A stretch of 64,000 nucleotides of DNA. It comes from an uncultured Gemmatimonadota bacterium. GTDB lineage: Bacteria; JAAXHH01. Below the pieces are notes generated by a model. That model saw only the letters and a program-made list of their open reading frames with translations, was not told the DNA's origin and made no database searches. Positions 28,218 to 37,896 of this stretch are shown in pieces (positions within the stretch are counted from its first letter, which is position 1; each line of letters starts with the position of its first letter). The stretch covers positions 352,001 to 416,000 of the forward strand of contig OX638340.1 in assembly GCA_951812955.1 (NCBI GenBank), read 5' to 3'. The position numbers were made by a program, and so were the translations under genes.

Positions 28218-29237
28218 TCAAGCCATTTCGAGTACGGCCTTGACCACGCCGTTGTCGGGGTCGAGCCACGTGGGGAAATCTGCCAGCATGCGTTCCGGGC
28301 CGGCCGTATGGGTAATCCAGGGCGAAGTGTCGACCCGGCCGGACTCGATATGGTCGATGACCCGCTGCAGGTCTGACGCACGGGCGTTCCGGCTGCTGAG
28401 CAGGGTCATCTCCCGCCGGTGAAAACCGGGTCCGTCGAACGAGATCTCCGACCCGGTGATGCCGACGTAGACCAGTCGCCCGCCGTTGGATACATACTCG
28501 TGGGCTCGCATCATGGACCCGGCGTGGCCGGTGGCGTCGAAGACGGCCGTGGGCAGTTCGCCGCCCAGCACCCGGTACAGCTTCGACTCCACGTCGGCGG
28601 TGCTGGTAATCACCTCGAAGAGGTCGTAACGCCGCTTGCAGAATTCGATGCGCCGCGGGCTGATCTCAAGCAGGATCACCCGCGCTCCGGCCAGCAGCGC
28701 GAAGGTCAGCACGGATAGGCCGATGGGTCCGGCGCCGATGAGCAGGACGGTTTCTCCCTCCTCGATCGCGGCCCGGTCCACGGCGTGGGCGCCGATGCTC
28801 AGCGTCTCCACCAGGGCCAGCTGTTCCAGGGACAGGACATCCGATCGCAGCAGCTTCGCGGCGGGGAGCGTCAGGACGTCCCGCATGCCGCCGTCCACGT
28901 GGACGCCCAGGACGTCAAGGTTCGTACAGCAGTTCGTCTTGCCCATGCGGCACGGCACGCAATCACCGCAATCCATGTAGGGTACGACGGCGCAGTGGTC
29001 GCCGGGACGGACCAGGGACGCGTCCGGGCCCGTCGCGAGGACCTCCACGCCCAGTTCGTGCCCCAGGATGCGGGGATAGTCGAAGAAGGGTTGCGTTCCC
29101 TCGAAGGCATGGAGGTCCGTCCCGCAGATCCCGACCCGCCTGATGCGCACCAGGGCTTCGCCGCGACCCGGAGGCGTGGGCTCGGGGGTATGCTCAAGGA
29201 CAAAACGGCCGGGTTCTTCGAGTACGATGGTCGGCAT
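28218..29237 (-). CDS. Zinc-dependent alcohol dehydrogenase (MDR family)
   Basis: 339-aa ORF; 'GICGTDLH' catalytic Zn motif, structural Zn cysteines ('CGDCVPCRMGKTNCC'), 'LLIGAGPIGL' Rossmann motif. Confidence 0.8.
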   Translation of the reverse strand: MPTIVLEEPGRFVLEHTPEPTPPGRGEALVRIRRVGICGTDLHAFEGTQPFFDYPRILGHELGVEVLATGPDASLVRPGDHCAVVPYMDCGDCVPCRMGKTNCCTNLDVLGVHVDGGMRDVLTLPAAKLLRSDVLSLEQLALVETLSIGAHAVDRAAIEEGETVLLIGAGPIGLSVLTFALLAGARVILLEISPRRIEFCKRRYDLFEVITSTADVESKLYRVLGGELPTAVFDATGHAGSMMRAHEYVSNGGRLVYVGITGSEISFDGPGFHRREMTLLSSRNARASDLQRVIDHIESGRVDTSPWITHTAGPERMLADFPTWLDPDNGVVKAVLEMA

Positions 29238-29255
29238 GTGGCCTGGACTCGCTTT

Positions 29256-30365
29256 TCAGGTGAGCAGGGCGGACAGCAGCGGCGGTTTGCGCTGGAACTT
29301 GTCGACGTATGCTTCGAAGGTCGGCAATAGCCGCAGTTTCACCTTGGTTTCATGGTCAATGGCGATAGATTCGAGCCGGTGGTCGAGGAATGGGTTTCGG
29401 AACCGTTCGATGCAGTCTTCCGCGAAGGCGCGGGCGTCTTCCACCTCGTCCGGCAGCGACGGCACGATTTCCTCGAGCATCAGTTCCCGCAGCCAGGGTC
29501 CCGTCTCCACGTGATCCACCGCCTCCCGGACGGTCCGTATGCCCAGCGGCACGGCCCGGCACACCAGCGCCGTGTGGGCGCCGTTGAGCACCCTCACCTT
29601 GCGCAACGCGTAGGGACGGACGTCACGGGTCCGCACCAGTGCCGGATGCTCGATGAACGGGGCGGCGTCCGGCCGGTCCTCCAGGGCCCAGAACGCGAAG
29701 GGTTCGGTCAGCGCCAGAAGCCCGTCGCCGTGGGGATTGGGAAAATCCGTGGGCGGTTCGACAGTGATCCGGTCCACGAGCGTATGCAGCCAGACCACAC
29801 GCCCGTCCATCCAGTCCAGGAAACCGTCCCCGAGCTTCCATTCGCGTCCCAGCGTCCGGACAAGCCGGCGCAGGACCCCTGCGTTTTCGTCGATCAGCTC
29901 GCAGGGGATGACGGTCACCGGCGCGCCGCCGTTCTCGTAGCGCTCCTTGAGGACCCGCAGCAACTTGCCGGGGAAGGAATCCGGCGGCGAACCGTCCGGC
30001 CGTTCCGATTCCGGTACGTCATATCCTGTCTCCGAAGTGTTGGAGAGGATATACTCTGTGGAAGGATCGCGACCCACGGCCAACACGGCTTCCCAGTCGT
30101 CCCTGGCGCTCAGGGCCCTCGAGACGCTGTCCACCTCGATGGTTTCATCGATCCGCCTGCCGTCGCGGATTCCCCGCACGCGGATGTGGTAACGGCCGTC
30201 CTGTTCATTGAATAACCTGGAACGACCGCTTCCTGTGGACTGGACGACGACTACCCGGCCTATGGACTGGCCGCACTGCCTGGCCTCGTGGATGAAGAGG
30301 TCGGCGAAAGCACGGAGGAACCGGCCGCTTCCGAACTGGAGAACCGATTCAGCCGGCGCCATCAT
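29256..30365 (-). CDS. Mannitol dehydrogenase family oxidoreductase (UxaB/UxuB/MtlD-like)
   Basis: 369-aa ORF; 'VLQFGSGRFLRAF' N-terminal Rossmann signature of the mannitol-DH family. Confidence 0.65.
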   Translation of the reverse strand: MMAPAESVLQFGSGRFLRAFADLFIHEARQCGQSIGRVVVVQSTGSGRSRLFNEQDGRYHIRVRGIRDGRRIDETIEVDSVSRALSARDDWEAVLAVGRDPSTEYILSNTSETGYDVPESERPDGSPPDSFPGKLLRVLKERYENGGAPVTVIPCELIDENAGVLRRLVRTLGREWKLGDGFLDWMDGRVVWLHTLVDRITVEPPTDFPNPHGDGLLALTEPFAFWALEDRPDAAPFIEHPALVRTRDVRPYALRKVRVLNGAHTALVCRAVPLGIRTVREAVDHVETGPWLRELMLEEIVPSLPDEVEDARAFAEDCIERFRNPFLDHRLESIAIDHETKVKLRLLPTFEAYVDKFQRKPPLLSALLT

Positions 30366-31146
30366 CCGATTCCCTTCGCTTGGCTTCGTCCCATAGCGCG
30401 TCCAGTTCCCCGAAGGTGGCCCGCTCCAGGCTATCTCCCTTGAGTTCGAGGGCGGCCTCGATGTACCGGAAACGCCGGATGAACTTGTCGTTGCTCCTTC
30501 TGAGAGCGTCTTCCGGCGGCACGTTCAGGTGACGGGACAGGTTCACAAGGGAGAACAGCAGGTCTCCAATCTCCTCCTCGATTTTCGTCCTTTCCCCCTT
30601 CTCCAGGGCGCGTCGCACCTCGTCGATTTCTTCGACTACCTTCTCAAGCACCTCCTTCACGTCGTCCCAATCGAAGTTGACCCGGGCGACCTTTTCCTGG
30701 ATGCGGTAGGCTCGGAGCAGGGCCGGCATGCCCGCCGGAAGACCGTCGAGCACCGACTTCCGGTCTTCGCTCCCTTTCTCTTCCCGCTTGATCTTCTCCC
30801 AGTTTGTCAGTACCTCGTCGGCCGTGTCTGCCCGCGTGTCTCCGAAAACGTGGGGATGGCGACGCACGAGCTTTTCATTAATCGCCCGGGCCACGTCGTG
30901 GACGTCGAACCGCCGCTCCTCGGCGGCGATTTGCGCATGGAATACGACCTGGAGGAGCAGGTCGCCCAGTTCGTCCCGGAAGTCGCCGTCACCGCCGTTG
31001 TCCAGCGCGTCCAGCACCTCGTAAGCTTCCTCGATCAGGTACGGCCGCAGGGTCTGGTGGGTCTGTTCCCTGTCCCAGGGACATCCCCCGTCCGACCTGA
31101 GTTTCGCCATGATTTCCACGAGTTCTTCGAATGGGGTAAGTTGCAT
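30349..31146 (-). CDS. mazG: Nucleoside triphosphate pyrophosphohydrolase MazG
   Basis: Tandem MazG domains ('EEAYEVLDA', 'ELGDLLLQVVFHA', second 'EEIGDLLFSLVNLSRH'). Start set at internal ATG 31146 ('MQLTPFEEL'). Confidence 0.85.
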   Translation of the reverse strand: MQLTPFEELVEIMAKLRSDGGCPWDREQTHQTLRPYLIEEAYEVLDALDNGGDGDFRDELGDLLLQVVFHAQIAAEERRFDVHDVARAINEKLVRRHPHVFGDTRADTADEVLTNWEKIKREEKGSEDRKSVLDGLPAGMPALLRAYRIQEKVARVNFDWDDVKEVLEKVVEEIDEVRRALEKGERTKIEEEIGDLLFSLVNLSRHLNVPPEDALRRSNDKFIRRFRYIEAALELKGDSLERATFGELDALWDEAKRRESDDGAG

Positions 31147-31166
31147 TTCCAGGCATCCATTGATTG

Positions 31167-31230
31167 CGCGACATCGGAGCTTGCGCGGCATCTGAGCTTG
31201 TCCGGCATCTGAGCTTGCGCGACATCGGAT
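31167..31230. repeat. ~17-bp tandem repeat (gcatctgagcttg[c/t][c/g]cg), ~3-4 copies, upstream of mazG
   Basis: Seen directly: ...gcgacatcggagcttgcgcg gcatctgagcttgtccg gcatctgagcttgcgcg acatcggatcc... Confidence 0.65.
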
Positions 31231-31538
31231 CCCTTCTGCCCAGGTGGTTCCGGCGGCAGATTCGCGCTTCGGCGGAAGGTTCGCTCACCGGCGGCCGGAT
31301 CAGGTTCCGGCGGCGGGTTAATCTACAATAATCGGTCCTGTTCGGCAAGCGAGGTGTGATTCTGAGTCGGATCGATGCGAAATGGCCGTATCTCCGGTTA
31401 CTTCCGCCCCTCGTCCACACCAAGAAAACTATTGACGTAAGCCCTTGAAAAACCTACATTGTTTAGGTTTAACGGGAATCGATCCCGTAACCGTTTCAGG
31501 ATCACTGCGCAAGGGAGGAACAAGGGGTCCGGAAAGGC

Positions 31539-32087
31539 GTGCAAGGCATGGTAAGCGAGCATGTCCTCGTTCTGAACCAGAACTACGAGCCCTTGAGTGT
31601 TTGCACGGCAAGGCGGGCGGTAATCCTCGTGTTTCTGCGCAAGGCGGAGATCATTGACAAATACGCGGAACCGGTGCGTGGCGTGTACACGATGTTCGAC
31701 CGGCCCAGTATCGTCCGGCTGGTGAACTTCGTACGCATTCCCAGCAAGGGTATCATGCTGTCCCGCAAGAACATCCTCAAGCGGGACGGCCACCAGTGCC
31801 AGTATTGCAGCACAACGCGGGGCCCACTGACCGTGGATCATGTCCTGCCCAGGTACCTGGGAGGATCGGACAGCTGGGAGAACATGGTCTGCGCCTGCCA
31901 GCGGTGCAACAACAAAAAAGGGGACAGGCTCCCAGAAGAAGCGAACATGGAGCTCAGACGCAAGCCCAAGGCGCCCAGCAGGATTCACTTTATCCGGGAT
32001 TTCATAGGAATTCACCATCAATCCTGGCGCCCCTACATGTTTCTCAAGAACGACCGGCCGGAAGAAATACTATGGCCTACCAGGTAA
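31539..32087 (+). CDS. HNH endonuclease family protein
   Basis: 182-aa ORF; 'CQYC...LTVDHVLP...WENMVCACQRCNNKKGD' HNH/zinc-finger motif. Confidence 0.7.
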   Translation: MQGMVSEHVLVLNQNYEPLSVCTARRAVILVFLRKAEIIDKYAEPVRGVYTMFDRPSIVRLVNFVRIPSKGIMLSRKNILKRDGHQCQYCSTTRGPLTVDHVLPRYLGGSDSWENMVCACQRCNNKKGDRLPEEANMELRRKPKAPSRIHFIRDFIGIHHQSWRPYMFLKNDRPEEILWPTR

Positions 32088-32818
32088 GGCTCGAACACTT
32101 CGAAGGGCCGCTGGACCTGTTGCTGTACCTGATCAGGGAACACGAGGTGGATATCTACGACATCCCCATCTCGCTGGTCACGCAGCAGTACCTTCAGTAC
32201 CTCGAGCTGCTCAAATTACTCGATCTCGAAGTGGGCAGCGAGTACCTGCTCATGGCGGCGACGCTGTTGCGCATCAAGTCGAAGATGCTCCTGCCCCGCA
32301 GGTCCGAAGAGGAGGAAGACGAGGCCGTCGACCCCCGGGAAGAACTCGTGCAGCGATTGCTGGAATACCGGCAGTTCAAGGAAGCGGCCGGTGTGCTAAA
32401 CGCGCATCAGGACCGTAGTGCCGATGTGTTCTACCATCCGCCGGCGGAGAACGTGGACGAAGACCTGAACGGAGTGGAAACGCTCGATACCCGTCTGGTC
32501 GGCAACCTGAATCTCTGGGACCTGCTCCAGGCTTTCAAATTCACGCTCGACCGTGCAAGAGACGATTTCGACCGCACGGTAGAGCGGGAGACCTTATCGA
32601 TCGAGGACCGAATGGACGATATCCTGGACAATCTGAAGAAACAGAAGAACCTCTTTTTCAGTTCGCTGTTCCAGGAAGACCTCTCCCGCTCCTTTCTGAT
32701 CGTTACATTCCTGGCCCTGCTGGAACTGATCCGGCAGAACAGGGTGGTTTTCGAGCAGACCGATACGCTTGGGGAGATCTGGCTGACCCTGTCCGATTCG
32801 GTTAATCCATCGACGTGA
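32072..32818 (+). CDS. scpA: Segregation and condensation protein A
   Basis: ORF 31796..32818 with real start at ATG 32072 ('MAYQVRLEHFEGPLDLLLYLIREHEVDIYDIPI', canonical ScpA N-terminus); overlaps the HNH gene stop. Confidence 0.85.
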   Translation: MAYQVRLEHFEGPLDLLLYLIREHEVDIYDIPISLVTQQYLQYLELLKLLDLEVGSEYLLMAATLLRIKSKMLLPRRSEEEEDEAVDPREELVQRLLEYRQFKEAAGVLNAHQDRSADVFYHPPAENVDEDLNGVETLDTRLVGNLNLWDLLQAFKFTLDRARDDFDRTVERETLSIEDRMDDILDNLKKQKNLFFSSLFQEDLSRSFLIVTFLALLELIRQNRVVFEQTDTLGEIWLTLSDSVNPST

Positions 32819-32831
32819 GGAAACAGTCCGG

Positions 32832-33506
32832 ATGCAGAAGAAACTGATCATGGACCAGGCGCAGCTCGACGAATACCGCGCGATCACGGAAGCCGTGCTT
32901 TTCGCGAGTGACGCGCCGCTTAGCCTGAATGAACTCAGCCGCATCATGGACGATGTGGGCGAGGAAATGATCGGAAATTGCATCGAAGCCCTGAACGAGC
33001 GGTATGCGCAGGGCGGCCACGGTTTCGAAATCCGGCTCGTGGCCAACGGTTACCAGTTCAGCAGCAAGGTGGCTTACGCAAAGTGGATACGCCGGCTCTA
33101 CCGGGGCAGGATTCCATCCCGCCTGACACAGGCGGCCCTGGAATGTCTGTCGATCGTCGCGTATAAGCAACCCATCAGCCGATCCGAGGTGGAGGCGATA
33201 AGGGGTGTGAATGTCGACGGCGTATTGCGTACGCTGCTGGACCGCAACCTCATTCGTATCGCTGGCCGTGGGGAAGGCGTCGGCCGGCCGATTCTCTATG
33301 CGACAACGAGTGATTTTCTCAGGTATTTCGGGCTGAACAAGCTTTCGGACCTGCCCAAGCTGGACGAATTGAACGAATTGTTGAAGGAACAGGATATCGT
33401 GCTGGACGAAGATGACGAAGAGCCCGACCCGTCGCTGTTCCCGGGACCTGGGATAACGGCTGGCGAAACGGATGGGAAGATTGTATCCAGAGATGAGACT
33501 GAATAG
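32832..33506 (+). CDS. scpB: Segregation and condensation protein B
   Basis: 224-aa ORF; 'AITEAVLFASDAPLSLNEL' winged-helix ScpB signature. Confidence 0.85.
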   Translation: MQKKLIMDQAQLDEYRAITEAVLFASDAPLSLNELSRIMDDVGEEMIGNCIEALNERYAQGGHGFEIRLVANGYQFSSKVAYAKWIRRLYRGRIPSRLTQAALECLSIVAYKQPISRSEVEAIRGVNVDGVLRTLLDRNLIRIAGRGEGVGRPILYATTSDFLRYFGLNKLSDLPKLDELNELLKEQDIVLDEDDEEPDPSLFPGPGITAGETDGKIVSRDETE

Positions 33507-34206
33507 ATACATGGCCCGGGCGGGCGTCGCCTCCCGGAGACACAGCGAATCGATGATCGTGGCCGGCCGGGTTAAACTGAACGGAGAGAAGGTAGTTTCC
33601 CTGGCCACGCGGGTTCAGCCCGATTCCGATGTCGTGACAGTCGATGACAGGCCGTTGAAGGCGTCGGAAACCCGGAGATGTTATCTGCTCAACAAGCCGG
33701 CGGGATACCTGACCACTTTGCGCGATCCTTTCAACCGGCCGACAGTCGCCTCGTTGATCCGGGACATCCCGGAGCGCGTCTTTCCCGTTGGCCGGCTGGA
33801 CCGCGACACGGAGGGTCTTCTGCTCTTAACCAACGACGGTTCTTTGAGTTACAGGCTGATGCATCCCCGATTCGGTTTTGAAAAGGAATACCACGTACTG
33901 GTAAAGGGCGTGCCGGGTGAAGGCACGCTGCGAAGGCTGAGAGAAGGTATCGAGATCGACGGCCGGACCACGGCGAGTGCGGGCGTGGCGGTGCTTCGGT
34001 GCACGAAGCACTGCACCTGGCTCTCGATCGTGCTGCATGAGGGACGCAAGCGTCAGGTTCGAAGAATGTTCGACCGTGTGGGGCATCCCGTGAAGCGGTT
34101 GATCAGGGTGCGCCTGGGCGGACTGGCCGACCGGGATCTGCCGGCCGGGAAATGGCGCGTGCTTACGCCAGGAGAAATCGAGGATCTGGAGCCGGTGGCC
34201 GTATGA
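33493..34206 (+). CDS. rluB: RluB/RsuA-family pseudouridine synthase
   Basis: Start at ATG 33493 ('MRLNRYMARAGVASRR' S4 domain); catalytic 'GRLDRDTEGLLLLTNDG'. Confidence 0.85.
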   Translation: MRLNRYMARAGVASRRHSESMIVAGRVKLNGEKVVSLATRVQPDSDVVTVDDRPLKASETRRCYLLNKPAGYLTTLRDPFNRPTVASLIRDIPERVFPVGRLDRDTEGLLLLTNDGSLSYRLMHPRFGFEKEYHVLVKGVPGEGTLRRLREGIEIDGRTTASAGVAVLRCTKHCTWLSIVLHEGRKRQVRRMFDRVGHPVKRLIRVRLGGLADRDLPAGKWRVLTPGEIEDLEPVAV

Positions 34207-34289
34207 CCGGTTGAAAGACTGTTTTTGTTCGGGCGGACCTGCCCCGGCGTGACGGCGGTCCGTGTTTTAATTCATCAAGGAGGATTGAC

Positions 34290-36233
34290 ATGCCAGAGGA
34301 CACACCGAAGACATCCGAGGTCGAGGAGACCGAGGAGTCTTCTTCACCCGTCCAGTCCGCGGAGGCGGCTAAAGAGGTATCCACGGAACCACCTGTGCCG
34401 GAAGCGGAGGCCGATGCGGCAGCGGAGTCACCCGTCGAATCGGAGACTGCCGTCGCGACTGAGACTGCCGTCGAAACGGAGCCCGTTCCCCCGAAGCGGC
34501 CCTTCAGGCTGCCCAAGTGGGTGGATGAGCAGGACCTGAATCAACAAGAACTCGAAGAATACGAGCAGATGTTCCAGATGTACGACGAGACCCTGAAGGA
34601 TATCGTGGAAGGCGAGATCGTTCCCGGCCACGTAATCGCTGTTGAGAACGGTGAAGTCATTATCGACGTAGGGTTCAAGTCGGAAGGCGCGATCTCGCTG
34701 TCCGAGTTCACCGACCCGGACGAGCTCGAAGTCGGCCAGAACATCGAGGTCTTCCTGGAGGATATCGAAGCCCAGGAAGGGCAGGTCGTACTGTCGAAAC
34801 AAAAAGCCGATTTCATGAAGGTGTGGGACAAGATCAAGGACGCCCACGAAGAAGGCGCCGTGGTGGAAGGTCAGATTCTGAGGCGCATCAAGGGCGGCCT
34901 GGTGGTCGATCTGTTCGGTGTGGACGCCTTCCTGCCCGGTTCCCAGGTGGCCCTGAAGCAGACGCCGAACCTGGACCAGTTTATCGGAGAAAAGCTTCCG
35001 TTCAAGATCATCAAGCTGAACAAGAGCCGCAGGAATATCGTAGTGTCGCGCCGCGTGGTGCTCGAGGTGGAGAAGGAGCGCCAGAAACAGGCCATCATCG
35101 CCGAACTGGACCGCGGACAGGTACGCAAGGGTGTGGTCAAAAACATCACGGATTTCGGCGCTTTCGTGGATTTGGGCGGCATCGACGGACTGCTGCACAT
35201 CACGGATATCTCGTGGGGACGCATCGGCCACCCTTCCGAACTGGTGACGATCGGCAGCGAGATTACCGTGGCCATCCTGGAATTCGACCGTGAACGGGAG
35301 CGCATCTCGCTCGGCCTCAAGCAGCTCGAGCCTTACCCGTGGGCGAACGTCGAGGAGAAATATCCTGTTGGTTCGAGAATCACCGGGCGGGTCGTCAGCA
35401 TCACCGACTACGGCGCCTTCGTGGAGCTCGAACGGGGCGTCGAGGGACTGATACACATCTCGGAAATGTCATGGACGAAGCACGTGACCCATCCGTCGAA
35501 GATGGTAACAGTCAACGAGAACGTGGACGCCGTCGTCCTCAAGGTGGATCAGCAGAACGAGAAGATCTCCCTGGGCATGAAACAGACCCAGCCGGACCCG
35601 TGGCAGTCACTCAACGACCGGTACACCGTGAATACCATGATCCGGGGGCGCGTGCGCAACATCACCGCGTTCGGCGCTTTCGTGGAAATCGAGGAGGGCA
35701 TCGACGGGTTGGTCCATATCTCCGACATGTCCTGGACGCGACGCATCAAACACCCGAGTGAAGTCGTCAAGAAGGGTGAGGAGATCGACGTCATGGTCCT
35801 CAACATCGATCCCGATGCCCGGCGCGTATCCCTCGGCATCAAGCAGGTCACCGAGGATCCCTGGCTTTCGCTTGCCGAGGTATACCCGGTAAACACCGAG
35901 ACGACGGGCGTCATCATCCGCCTGCTCGAACGGGGTGTGGTCGTGGAGCTTTCGCACGAAGTGGAGGGATTCGTCCCCATTTCGCAGCTCAATCATCCGG
36001 AAATCAAGCGACCGGGCGACGCTTTCAAGGAAGGCGAGGAGATTCCGCTTAAGGTCATCGAATTCGATGGGAAGAACCGCCGGGTCGTGCTGAGTGTCAA
36101 GGCTTACTTCCGCGATCGGGAGCGGGCCGAAATCGACGACTATCTGAGCAAACACCCCGTTGCGAGCACCGTGATCGGCGATGTGGTGGCGGTGGAAGAA
36201 AGCGCCGTGAGCTCGGAAGAGACGGACGGTTGA
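34290..36233 (+). CDS. rpsA: 30S ribosomal protein S1 with acidic N-terminal extension
   Basis: 647-aa ORF; six S1 domains, each with a 'GxVxxIxxFGAFV' motif; AAGGAGGA Shine-Dalgarno sequence upstream; ~80-aa Glu/Ala/Pro-rich N-terminal extension. Confidence 0.9.
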   Translation: MPEDTPKTSEVEETEESSSPVQSAEAAKEVSTEPPVPEAEADAAAESPVESETAVATETAVETEPVPPKRPFRLPKWVDEQDLNQQELEEYEQMFQMYDETLKDIVEGEIVPGHVIAVENGEVIIDVGFKSEGAISLSEFTDPDELEVGQNIEVFLEDIEAQEGQVVLSKQKADFMKVWDKIKDAHEEGAVVEGQILRRIKGGLVVDLFGVDAFLPGSQVALKQTPNLDQFIGEKLPFKIIKLNKSRRNIVVSRRVVLEVEKERQKQAIIAELDRGQVRKGVVKNITDFGAFVDLGGIDGLLHITDISWGRIGHPSELVTIGSEITVAILEFDRERERISLGLKQLEPYPWANVEEKYPVGSRITGRVVSITDYGAFVELERGVEGLIHISEMSWTKHVTHPSKMVTVNENVDAVVLKVDQQNEKISLGMKQTQPDPWQSLNDRYTVNTMIRGRVRNITAFGAFVEIEEGIDGLVHISDMSWTRRIKHPSEVVKKGEEIDVMVLNIDPDARRVSLGIKQVTEDPWLSLAEVYPVNTETTGVIIRLLERGVVVELSHEVEGFVPISQLNHPEIKRPGDAFKEGEEIPLKVIEFDGKNRRVVLSVKAYFRDRERAEIDDYLSKHPVASTVIGDVVAVEESAVSSEETDG

Positions 36234-36243
36234 TCGCCGGCGC

Positions 36244-37731
36244 ATGACCCACGGGACAGAGGTTTCAGTGGCTCATCCGGCCGTGGCCTTGGCGGATGCT
36301 TCTCCGACGGTGGCCCTGCATACGCTCGGCTGCCGTCTGAATCAGTACGAGACCGAGGCCATTCGCGAACAGTTTGTTTCCCGGGGCTTTCGCGTCGTGC
36401 CCTTCAACGGTCCCGCGGATGTCTACGTCGTCAATACCTGCACGGTGACGAACCAGGCCGACGCGCGGGCCCGGCAGACGCTTCGCCGGGCCGTGCGTCG
36501 CCGGTCCGAGTCCATCGTCGTAGCGACGGGCTGTTACGCCCAGACTCATCCAGAACAGCTTCTGGCAATCGAAGGCGTTGACCTCGTCCTCGGCAACGCG
36601 GAGAAGGGCGGGCTCGTCGACCGCGTGCTGAGTTTGCGCGCGGACGATCCGCCTGTTTCCCAGGTGACGCGGCGGGCGGAGATGTCGCGATTCGACGAGC
36701 GTCTCGACGTTTTCGCCTTCGAGGACCGAACACGGGCTATGCTGAAGCTCCAGGATGGTTGCGACCAGTTCTGCTCGTTCTGCATCATACCCTGGGCCCG
36801 CGGCCGTCACCGCAGCCTGCCTCCGGACACCGCGCTGCGCCAGGTCCATTCCCTGATAGACAGAGGTTACGCCGAAATCGTACTCACTGGCGTTCACCTC
36901 GGTGAATACGGTACCGATCTGCCCACGCCCGTCACGCTAAATTCGGTCGTCCGTCAGATCCTGGAGCAGACCGGACTGCCCCGCCTGAGGTTGAGTTCTA
37001 TCTGGCCCACGGCGGTGAACCGGGAATTGATCGATCTGCTCGGGAACCACGCGCCGAGACTGTGCCGTTACACGCACCTGGCCGTGCAACATGGCGACGA
37101 CAGCCTGCTGCACGCCATGCGCAGGACGTATACGGCCGGTCAGGCCGAGGACGTGGTCTGCCGGCTCGTGGACGCGGTGCCCGATATCTGTATCGGCGCT
37201 GACATCATGGTCGGGTTCCCGGGGGAGACCGACGCCTCCTTCCAACGTATGTACGACTGGTTGGACCACCTTCCCTTCGCCTATTTCCACGTGTTTTCCT
37301 ATTCCAGGCGGGACCATACCCGGGCGGCACGCATGCCGGACCAGGTGCCCCCTTCGACGGCACGGGAACGCAGCCAGTTGCTTCGGACGTTGAGCGATCG
37401 GAAATCAGCGGCCTACCACAGCCGTTTCAGGGGCAGGGTCCTGCCCGTACTGGTCGAGGATGAATACAGTGGACCGCCTGGTCCGCCTGGTCCGCCTGGC
37501 CCGGACGGCCAGGTCGGCGCGCACAGTCCGGACGACCTGTCTGGCCCGCACAGTCCGACTGGCCCGCACGATCGGGGCATGACGGGGAGAACGGACCACG
37601 GTCTCAGATGCTGGTTCGATGGGCGGGCAGAGCAGGTGAACACCTTCGTCGAAATGGAAGTGTTGTCGACCGACGCCCGGGGTGCGGCCGGCAGGCTTAC
37701 GGAACCCGTCGACAACCCTGAAATGGATTGA
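36244..37731 (+). CDS. mtaB: MiaB-like tRNA methylthiotransferase (MtaB-type) carrying a low-complexity PPG-repeat insertion
   Basis: N-terminal MTTase domain, radical-SAM 'CDQFCSFC' motif, C-terminal TRAM region; ~50-aa insertion 'SGPPGPPGPPGPDGQVGAHSPDDLSGPHSPTGPH' encoded by tandem 9-nt repeats (cctggtccg x3). Confidence 0.8.
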   Translation: MTHGTEVSVAHPAVALADASPTVALHTLGCRLNQYETEAIREQFVSRGFRVVPFNGPADVYVVNTCTVTNQADARARQTLRRAVRRRSESIVVATGCYAQTHPEQLLAIEGVDLVLGNAEKGGLVDRVLSLRADDPPVSQVTRRAEMSRFDERLDVFAFEDRTRAMLKLQDGCDQFCSFCIIPWARGRHRSLPPDTALRQVHSLIDRGYAEIVLTGVHLGEYGTDLPTPVTLNSVVRQILEQTGLPRLRLSSIWPTAVNRELIDLLGNHAPRLCRYTHLAVQHGDDSLLHAMRRTYTAGQAEDVVCRLVDAVPDICIGADIMVGFPGETDASFQRMYDWLDHLPFAYFHVFSYSRRDHTRAARMPDQVPPSTARERSQLLRTLSDRKSAAYHSRFRGRVLPVLVEDEYSGPPGPPGPPGPDGQVGAHSPDDLSGPHSPTGPHDRGMTGRTDHGLRCWFDGRAEQVNTFVEMEVLSTDARGAAGRLTEPVDNPEMD

Positions 37732-37773
37732 CAGGGCTCCTCATCGCCCGTTATATTGCCGCATGAAAAGCTT

Positions 37774-37847
37774 GCGCCAGTAGCTCAGCTGGATAGAGCG
37801 ACGGCCTCCGGAGCCGTAGGTCAGAGGTTCGAATCCTCTCTGGCGTA
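37774..37847 (+). tRNA. tRNA-Arg (anticodon CCG)
   Basis: Cloverleaf folded by hand: acceptor GCGCCAG/CTGGCGT (G1-U72 wobble), D arm GCTC...GAGC, anticodon stem ACGGC/GCCGT with loop CTCCGGA (anticodon CCG), T arm AGAGG-TTCGAAT-CCTCT; no encoded CCA. Confidence 0.8.
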
Positions 37848-37896
37848 TAACCCCCGCGGATCAGCCTTCTCTGGCGTATATCCCCGCGGATCAGCC
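37837..37896. repeat. 30-bp tandem direct duplication of the tRNA-Arg 3' end plus flank (att-like scar)
   Basis: tctctggcgtataacccccgcggatcagcc (37837-37866) followed by tctctggcgtatatccccgcggatcagcc (37868-37896); the first copy includes the last ~11 nt of the tRNA. Confidence 0.7.

Noticed and set aside
31796-32071. N-terminal extension of the scpA ORF
   Set aside because: It overlaps the HNH gene in a different frame; the ScpA homology starts at 'MAYQVRLEHFEGPLDLL' (32072).
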